Shown here: in pieces, positions 58,491 through 64,000 of the stretch
How positions within the stretch are numbered: position 1 is the first letter of the stretch
Layout: every line of letters begins with the position of its first letter
DNA from: an uncultured Desulfarculus sp.
Lineage (GTDB): Bacteria; Desulfobacterota; Desulfarculia; Desulfarculales; Desulfarculaceae
Assembly: GCA_963665125.2 (NCBI GenBank)
Contig: CAXXUK010000002.1
Span: 224,001-288,000, forward strand
Length of the DNA: 64,000 nt
Direction: 5' to 3'
The notes under the pieces: model-generated
What the model was told of the DNA's origin: nothing
Databases searched by the model: none
The model's input: only the letters and a program-made list of their open reading frames with translations
Made by a program: the position numbers and the translations under genes

Positions 58491-59930
58491 CTAGGCCAAG
58501 CTTTTGAGTGTTTGCTCCAATGTTTTGCCCAGGGCCAGCCCCTGGGCAAGGCAGACCTTGAGTTCAGCCTCTTGCCTTCCGCCGCCAGGCGGGCACAACT
58601 CGTCCAGCAGTTCGGGCTGCTTTTCCAACTCCGCCCGGACTTTGGCCGCGCTCCAGCCGTTGAAGCGGGCCTCCAGCCGGGGCCAGGAGGCCTTGACCCG
58701 CTCGGCGGCCCAACCACGCCACAGGGCCTGTTCGCCGGTCTGAGTTTGGGCCTGGGCCATCGGCGGAACATAGGGCTCGTCGCCCCAGGGCAGCGGGGCC
58801 TTGCCCTGCTTGGCCCGCAGCTCGTTGATGGTGATGACGCCCCGGTCCAGCATGTCCATGGCCTCCTTGTGGCCCTGCTCCCGGTCCGTGGGCACCGGGT
58901 TGTCGTGGGCCAGGACCAGGCCGTTGCCGAAGCGCGGGGCCAAAAAGGCGTTGAACACGTCTTCGATAAGGTCCAGGCGGGGCTTGATGCACTCGGAGTT
59001 GAAGGTGATGTCAATGCCCTGGGCATTGGCCCGGTTGACGTCCTTGACCAGGCCCAGCTTGCCCGCGGGCACGCCGTAGGCCGCCAGGATGTTGTCCTGG
59101 GTCCAGCCGGCCAAGGCCATGAACTCGAAGTCCTTGGCCGAGAAGTTCAGGGGCTTGACGCTCAGGCCCGCGTCCAGCACCGTGGGTTCGAACACGTGGG
59201 CCAGGCCCTGGTGTTTCTGGTTCCAGCGGGTGAGGATGCGCCTGGCCTCCTGCTCGGTGAGCCGCTGGTCGGTGCTCAGCACCACCTCGGGTCGGGCCGA
59301 GTTGCGGAAGAAGTTGCGCTGGTAGACCCTCACCGCCGTGTCGATGTCATAGGCGTGGGCCATGGCCTCGATGGGGCTGGAGCCGTAGATCAGGCTGGAC
59401 GGGCTGGGGTGGCGGAAATAGAGGATCTCCTCCGGGCTGAAGCGCTGGCGGGCGCCGCCGGGACCCTGGAACACGAAACCGGTGATGGCCTGGCCCGTGC
59501 TGCCGCCGCTGGTGATCTCGATGAGATCCGCCGGGTTCAGGGGCCAGAGTTGGCCGGGCCGGCCCAGGCGGTCACCCGCCACCAGGACAAAGGCCATGCC
59601 CGCCAGGTCCAGCTGGCTCATCACCGTGAAGCGGAACTGCCTGCCGCTCATGATCGGGTTGGGCCGGGCCAACAGCGTCAGCAGGGGATGCTGGGCCACC
59701 TCGGCCTTTTCCCCGTTGCTTACAGCGTTCAGGCGCAGGGGCACCCCGGCCACCCGCCCGGCGATTGCCGACACGGCGGCGTAGACCCAGCCCTGATAGG
59801 CCGCCAACTGCCGGGAACGGCTGGTCAGGGCCGATCCGCCCAGGAAAGGCGGCGGGGCCATGGGCGCGGCGGGCAGGTCCAGGGCGCGGGTCTGGGGCGG
59901 CTTTGTCTTTTTGCGGAAAAATCGTTTCAT
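58491..59930 (-). CDS. HK97-family portal protein with C-terminal extension
   Basis: WVYAAVSAIA, HPLLTLLARPNP, LWPLNP, YGSSP, FFRNSARP, YGVP..LG, TINELR; ATG 59930. Confidence 0.93.
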   Translation of the reverse strand: MKRFFRKKTKPPQTRALDLPAAPMAPPPFLGGSALTSRSRQLAAYQGWVYAAVSAIAGRVAGVPLRLNAVSNGEKAEVAQHPLLTLLARPNPIMSGRQFRFTVMSQLDLAGMAFVLVAGDRLGRPGQLWPLNPADLIEITSGGSTGQAITGFVFQGPGGARQRFSPEEILYFRHPSPSSLIYGSSPIEAMAHAYDIDTAVRVYQRNFFRNSARPEVVLSTDQRLTEQEARRILTRWNQKHQGLAHVFEPTVLDAGLSVKPLNFSAKDFEFMALAGWTQDNILAAYGVPAGKLGLVKDVNRANAQGIDITFNSECIKPRLDLIEDVFNAFLAPRFGNGLVLAHDNPVPTDREQGHKEAMDMLDRGVITINELRAKQGKAPLPWGDEPYVPPMAQAQTQTGEQALWRGWAAERVKASWPRLEARFNGWSAAKVRAELEKQPELLDELCPPGGGRQEAELKVCLAQGLALGKTLEQTLKSLA

Positions 59931-59937
59931 GTTTACC

Positions 59938-61404
59938 TCACCAAACATTGGGCCCGGCCGACCGCAGCAGGCTGATGGCGCCTTCCAGGGCGTCGGGACC
60001 GTCATCGTGAATATTGGGAGACGGAAAGTGCAGCAACTGCTCTATGAGCAGCGACTGGTCCGAGTGTTGGGGTAAAAAGCGCACCACGCCCCGCTCCACC
60101 AGGGGGCTGACCCCGGCCAGGCGGGTCTCCTTGGCCAGGCGGTGGGTCACGCCCCGGATGGGCAGGGTCACCTGGGCCTCGGCGGCGGCCCGGCTGAATT
60201 CGTCCAGCAGCAGGCGCTGGAACACGTTGTCCTCCACGCCGAAGACGGTGAACCCGTGGCGCTGGTGGCGGGCCAGCACGGCCCGGCAGAGCTGGTCCAG
60301 GCTGCAACGCCGGATAAAGGCGTCGAGCACATAGAAGACCTGCTCGGCCTGGTCCAGGCCCACGGTGATCAGGGCCTTGTAGTCGCCGGTTTCGCCGCTG
60401 GCCAGGCTGGGGTCCAGGAATGCGGCCACGGCCAGGTTTTTCCCGGCCAGCTCGGCCTGGCCGTAGGGCCGGATCCACTGCTCCTGGAACATGCCATCGT
60501 CGTCCCGGGGGTCGTTCTGCTTTTCTTTGTTAAAGGCACGGCTGCCCATGAGCTTTTTCTGGCGCAACAGGTCGGCCACCGAATGGCGGGAGGGCCACAG
60601 GCTCTGGCCGTCGTCGCCAATGGCCTTGTACAGCCGCCGGGTGAAGCGCCGCCAGGGCTCTTCGGTGGAATGCAGCATGGTGGCCAGGGCCGAGCGCTGG
60701 GCCAGCACCGTGCCGATGATCAGCAGGCTGCCCGCAGGGTCGATGGCCGGGTACACCGCCTCGGTGATCCAGGCCAGGGTGTCCTTGACCAGGCGCGGGT
60801 TGCGCACGTTCTTGTCGTTTTCCAGGTCGTCGAGAATCACCAGGTCCGGGCGGTGGCGGCCGTGCTTGAGGCCCCGCAGGCGCTGGCCAGAGCCCCTGGC
60901 CAACAGGCGCACGTCCGGGCCGGTGATGAAGTCCCCCGCCGCGCCCTTTACCTCCGTTAGCTGGCCGAAGTCCTCGGCCAGGCGCTGGTTGTGGCTCAGC
61001 TCCAGGCGGATGTAGCCGGTGAGATCCTCGGCCAGGTCGGCGGTGTCCGAACCCAGCACCACGAAGCGCCGCAGGCCGAAGAGCACCTGGTGCAGCACAT
61101 AGCCGAAGCTGACCACCGTGGTCTTGGCGAATCCCCTTGGCGCGGCCACGGCAACGGGCCGCACGGCCGTGTCCCTGGGCGTGATCAACTCGATAAGCTC
61201 GTGGTGGAACGGCGCGAAATCGTCGCTGAAATAGTGGGGCAGATACGTCTTGCAGAAGTAGAACGGGTCCTGCCGGGTCAGGTCCAGGCGCTGTGTGCGC
61301 GGCGGGGCGTCCGAACCGAAAGCCCCCACCTCGTAGCGCAGGCGGCTGACGATCTCGGCGGCCCGGCGCTTGAAGCCCGAACTGGTGATGCTCTGAGCGG
61401 CCAT
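59938..61404 (-). CDS. Terminase large subunit (Mu gp28-like)
   Basis: FCKTYLPHY, APRGFAKTT Walker A, RPDLVILDD Walker B, IGT, nuclease DPS...DY...HDDGPDA. Confidence 0.94.
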   Translation of the reverse strand: MAAQSITSSGFKRRAAEIVSRLRYEVGAFGSDAPPRTQRLDLTRQDPFYFCKTYLPHYFSDDFAPFHHELIELITPRDTAVRPVAVAAPRGFAKTTVVSFGYVLHQVLFGLRRFVVLGSDTADLAEDLTGYIRLELSHNQRLAEDFGQLTEVKGAAGDFITGPDVRLLARGSGQRLRGLKHGRHRPDLVILDDLENDKNVRNPRLVKDTLAWITEAVYPAIDPAGSLLIIGTVLAQRSALATMLHSTEEPWRRFTRRLYKAIGDDGQSLWPSRHSVADLLRQKKLMGSRAFNKEKQNDPRDDDGMFQEQWIRPYGQAELAGKNLAVAAFLDPSLASGETGDYKALITVGLDQAEQVFYVLDAFIRRCSLDQLCRAVLARHQRHGFTVFGVEDNVFQRLLLDEFSRAAAEAQVTLPIRGVTHRLAKETRLAGVSPLVERGVVRFLPQHSDQSLLIEQLLHFPSPNIHDDGPDALEGAISLLRSAGPNVW

Positions 61405-61408
61405 GGTC

Positions 61409-61861
61409 TCAAGCCTCGCCCTGCAAATGCAGGAAAAAGGCGTCCAGCAGATCGGCCAGCCAGGCCTTGCGGGCCTCGTCGGCCTCCCAGGCCAGGGCGA
61501 AGGTGGCCAGGCGTTCGGTCACCTCCACTGCGGCGGCCCTGGGGTCGAATCCCGCGCCCTCCAGCTTGGCGATGACCCCGCCGATCTTGGCCAGTTCGTC
61601 GGCCTGTTCCTTGTCCAGGGTCCCGGCGGCCACCATGGCCTCGACGCGGTGGCCCAAAAGCTCCCGCAGGGTCTGGGCCGCGCCGCGCGGGTCGCTGTAG
61701 CGGGCCTGGCGGCGTTGCAGCCAGCCGCCCAAGGCCATCCAGCGTTCCACCGTGGCCGGCTTTACCCCGAATTCGGCGGCGATCGCCTGCACGTCGGCCC
61801 CGGCCAGATACATTCGCCGGGCCAATCGCTGGCGTTCCATATCCGAAGCGCGCCGGGCCAT
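61409..61861 (-). CDS. Terminase small subunit (DUF1804/Mu gp27-like HTH)
   Basis: ARRMYLAG...IAAEFGVKPATVERW...W; real start ATG 61861, not 62491. Confidence 0.8.
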   Translation of the reverse strand: MARRASDMERQRLARRMYLAGADVQAIAAEFGVKPATVERWMALGGWLQRRQARYSDPRGAAQTLRELLGHRVEAMVAAGTLDKEQADELAKIGGVIAKLEGAGFDPRAAAVEVTERLATFALAWEADEARKAWLADLLDAFFLHLQGEA

Positions 61862-62097
61862 CAGGCTCTCATCTCCTTGAGTTCGGCGGTAAGGGCCTTG
61901 AACTCGCGCACCGCGGCCACAAGCTCCTCCATGGCCTGCTGGGCGTGGTCCACCCGCATGCTCTCGATGCCGTCGAGGTTGTAGAGGTAGTAGTTGATGT
62001 CCTTGGTCAGGCGGTCGATCTTGATTTCGATCTGGCCCAGGCGCTCGCGTTTTTCCTCGATGAGCCCCTTGGCGATGAGCCTCGATGTCTTGTCCAT
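61861..62097 (-). CDS. Small helical phage protein in the Mu gp26 position
   Basis: 78 aa, translationally coupled to terS. Confidence 0.7.
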   Translation of the reverse strand: MDKTSRLIAKGLIEEKRERLGQIEIKIDRLTKDINYYLYNLDGIESMRVDHAQQAMEELVAAVREFKALTAELKEMRA

Positions 62098-62106
62098 GTG
62101 TCACCC

Positions 62107-62364
62107 CTAAAAGAATTTTGTTGCCAGCTGCATCAGCAGCCAGATGGCCAGCATGCCGCCGGTGTAGGTGGCCAGGCGGTTGTCCAGGCGGTCCAGGCGG
62201 TTGCCCAGGGTCTCGGCCCGGTCGGCCTGGGCGTTGATCTTTTCGCCCAGCTCGGTGTTGATGCGCCTTTGCTCGGCGGCGCTCATCCGGACCACCGTGT
62301 CCAGCCGCCGCATTTGGCCCCGCAGGCTTTCCACGGCCAGGCGCACCCCTGCTTCGTCGCTCAA
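62107..62364 (-). CDS. Small coiled-coil protein with C-terminal TM helix (lysis-cassette-like)
   Basis: LGNRLDRLDNRL followed by hydrophobic GGMLAIWLLMQLA; TTG overlaps upstream stop. Confidence 0.65.
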   Translation of the reverse strand: MSDEAGVRLAVESLRGQMRRLDTVVRMSAAEQRRINTELGEKINAQADRAETLGNRLDRLDNRLATYTGGMLAIWLLMQLATKFF

Positions 62365-62540
62365 CGGAGCGCCCCCCTAGCCCCGGCCACTCCGGCGGCC
62401 AGCTGCACCACCAACAGCCCGGCCAGGCCCAGGCCCCCGGCCGCCCCGGCCCGGCAGACCCCGGCCAGGTACAAGGTCGTCCCCAAGGCAATGGCCGCCG
62501 CTCCGACCCAGAATGTGCGTGTGTTGAAAAGAGTTCTCAT
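62361..62540 (-). CDS. Holin-like 2-TM protein (59 aa, absent from ORF track)
   Basis: MRTLFNTRTFWVGAAAIALGTTLYLAGVCRAGAAGGLGLAGLLVVQLAAGVAGARGALR; GGGGA RBS. Confidence 0.6.
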   Translation of the reverse strand: MRTLFNTRTFWVGAAAIALGTTLYLAGVCRAGAAGGLGLAGLLVVQLAAGVAGARGALR

Positions 62541-62695
62541 GGCTTCCCCCCGTGGGGCGGCGTCATGCCGCCCGCTTGATGGGGGCTAAGCTACCGCCGC
62601 TGCTGGGGGCGGTCTGCCAAGGCGGTTCGAAAACCTGATTCACCGAAGGGACGCCGGGAGGTGTTTCACCCAAAGACGGCCTGGGAAGGGCTAAT

Positions 62696-62723
62696 AAAAA
62701 GCGCGAGCCGTAAGAGCCCGCGC
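62696..62723 (-). terminator. Intrinsic terminator between mor and the structural operon
   Basis: Minus strand GCGCGGGC...GCTCGCGC followed by TTTTT. Confidence 0.7.
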
Positions 62724-62757
62724 CAAAGATGGGATGATCGTGCCGTGTTGAAAAGCG

Positions 62758-63072
62758 CTAATTACCCCTGGGACGGGGCGGATTTACTATATGGCGCACA
62801 TGCCGTGCGCTGAGGCCCCAGCGGCGGGCAAGCAGCTTGATGTTGGCCCCGTCGAAGTCCCTGCGGATTGCGGCGTTGCGCACCTCCAACAGGGATCTGT
62901 CCAGTTTGGGAAAATACACGCTGGAGCCGCTGAAGACCTGGGCCAATTGCATGGTCTGGTCCACGCCGATGACGTCGGCTATCTCCTGGTACACCTCGGG
63001 CAGTTGGTCGCGGTTGACCTCCCTCATCCATACGGGCACCAGTTTTTGTTGATGTTCCAGATGATTTGCCAT
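62758..63072 (-). CDS. Mor/C-family transcription activator
   Basis: LPEVYQEIADVIG, FSGSSVYFPK, RNAAIRRDFDG.N...LARRWGLS.RHVRHI. Confidence 0.92.
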   Translation of the reverse strand: MANHLEHQQKLVPVWMREVNRDQLPEVYQEIADVIGVDQTMQLAQVFSGSSVYFPKLDRSLLEVRNAAIRRDFDGANIKLLARRWGLSARHVRHIVNPPRPRGN

Positions 63073-63138
63073 TGTTGTCCCCCCTTGTTAAATGCAAAAT
63101 GGCTAGTGAATGCGCTGTTGCAACACAACATGGCCGCT

Positions 63139-63167
63139 ACATTATATCCGTAACGGTTAATCGTCAA
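63139..63167 (-). promoter_or_regulatory. sigma70-type promoter of mor
   Basis: Minus strand TTGACG-N15-TATAAT (or N17-TAATGT); TGTTGCAACA palindrome at 63116-63125 downstream. Confidence 0.55.
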
Positions 63168-63175
63168 GATTAATA

Positions 63176-63571
63176 ATGGCCTTTATGATCAAAAAGCGCA
63201 TAGCGGGGGGCCATGCCGCCTGCCTGACATGCGTCCTGGTTTTTTCCTGCAGCGGGTGCGTGCACGTCACCAACGGGCAGTTGTTGGCCCTGGCCCCGCT
63301 GATGCAGGAGAGGTCCGTTGATCCGGCAAGCTGGCTCTGGTTGTGGCTTGGGCTGAGCGTCTCGGCCCTGGTCTGGGCCGTGGTGATCTGGCGGGGGACC
63401 CGCGGGCGCGGCGGACAGGACAGGGCCGGACAGGGCGCGCCTCTGGACCGGGAAGAGATGGCCCTGTACCGCACCACCCGGGATTCCCTTTCGTTTTTGA
63501 TCAAAAAACGAATCCGCCGGACCAAAGTCGTTGATATAGGTCTGCTGCGCAGGCACAGGGACCGGGAATAA
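63176..63571 (+). CDS. Hypothetical membrane protein
   Basis: One clear TM helix (WLWLWLGLSVSALVWAVVIW); start uncertain. Confidence 0.55.
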   Translation: MAFMIKKRIAGGHAACLTCVLVFSCSGCVHVTNGQLLALAPLMQERSVDPASWLWLWLGLSVSALVWAVVIWRGTRGRGGQDRAGQGAPLDREEMALYRTTRDSLSFLIKKRIRRTKVVDIGLLRRHRDRE

Positions 63572-63621
63572 GGCGGCGGCCTGGCGACAATGCCAAACCG
63601 CCGCGTTTCATGCCGTCACGG

Positions 63622-63999
63622 CTAGGCCTTGCCCTGCAGCCATTGGGCGATCTGCTGGGCGCTCATGGCCCCGGACACCCGGTCAACCTCCCGGCCCCCC
63701 TTGAACAGGACCATGGTCGGAATGGACTGGATGCCGAAACGGGCGGCCAGGGCCTGCTCCTGCTCGGTGTTGACTTTGGCCAGGCGCACCCTGGGGTGCA
63801 TGGACCGGGCAGCCTCCGCGAAGGCCGGAGCCATCATCTTGCACGGCCCGCACCAAGGGGCCCAGAAATCCACCAACACGGGGATATCGCTGCCCGCCAC
63901 CTGTTTGGCGAACAATTCTCCGCCAAGCTCGGCCGGCTTGGCCTCGAACACCCTGCTTTTACACTTGCCGCAGACCGGGCCGTCGCTCAGACGCTGGGC
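63622..63999 (-). CDS. trxC: Thioredoxin 2 (5' end outside window)
   Basis: WAPWCGPC; frame continues upstream through PVCGKC, the second zinc CxxC of TrxC. Confidence 0.92.
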   Translation of the reverse strand, partial: AQRLSDGPVCGKCKSRVFEAKPAELGGELFAKQVAGSDIPVLVDFWAPWCGPCKMMAPAFAEAARSMHPRVRLAKVNTEQEQALAARFGIQSIPTMVLFKGGREVDRVSGAMSAQQIAQWLQGKA

Positions 64000-64000
64000 G

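Noticed and set aside
58512..59975. Long antisense ORFs (for example 487 aa opposite portal; similar ones opposite kinase, MCP, dnaA)
   Set aside because: Typical stop-poor shadow frames of high-GC genes with no recognisable motifs
61862..62491. N-terminal extension of the 360-aa ORF
   Set aside because: Overlaps three better small ORFs; the TerS HTH begins at ATG 61861
54099..63072. Complete inducible prophage, tailocin or encapsulin
   Set aside because: No integration, replication or immunity genes; it has a head and terminase (not a tailocin) and a portal and tail tube (not an encapsulin)
63157..63173. CtrA box upstream of mor, as in alphaproteobacterial GTAs
   Set aside because: TTAA-N9-TTAA spacing instead of N7, and CtrA is not expected in this lineage

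Overview
GC-rich chromosomal window. Gene content (sigma54 enhancer-binding protein, CGGC, DGC and DUF3786 proteins, a glycyl-radical enzyme, a DnaA paralogue) suggests an anaerobic Desulfobacterota/deltaproteobacterium; this is inference. Left to right: signalling genes (hybrid kinase, MCP, NtrC-type regulator), a BioY-ECF biotin transporter, an MnmC-like methyltransferase and an extended arsenic/thiol-redox cluster (2x ArsR, 2x ArsC, Acr3, thioredoxin, CcdA, porin). An accessory region follows (about 17.8-42 kb): orphan/phage-like remnants, catabolic genes, an IorA-like ThDP protein with a Tat signal, nested IS3/IS5 elements around a glycyl-radical enzyme with an SCP2-like N-terminus (plus activase and AraC regulator), a PEGA-FGE protein and a tRNA-Leu 3' fragment marking an attachment site. 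Core-like genes come next: a 1285-aa coiled-coil/TM/lytic-transglycosylase-like protein, a bS22-like microprotein, FKBP, a stand-alone dnaA paralogue with a phased DnaA-box array, wzm, an MBL hydrolase and HD-GYP. The window ends with a compact, intact 9-kb phage head/neck/tail-tube operon behind a Mor-family activator, lacking integrase, replication, repressor, endolysin and tape-measure genes, then trxC. Best candidates for undescribed systems: (1) the GTA-like domesticated virion operon, (2) the SCP2-fused glycyl-radical enzyme, (3) the Tat-exported, Fe-S-less IorA-like ThDP protein, (4) the orphan DnaA/box-array locus. All family calls come from motif recognition by eye; no database searches were run.
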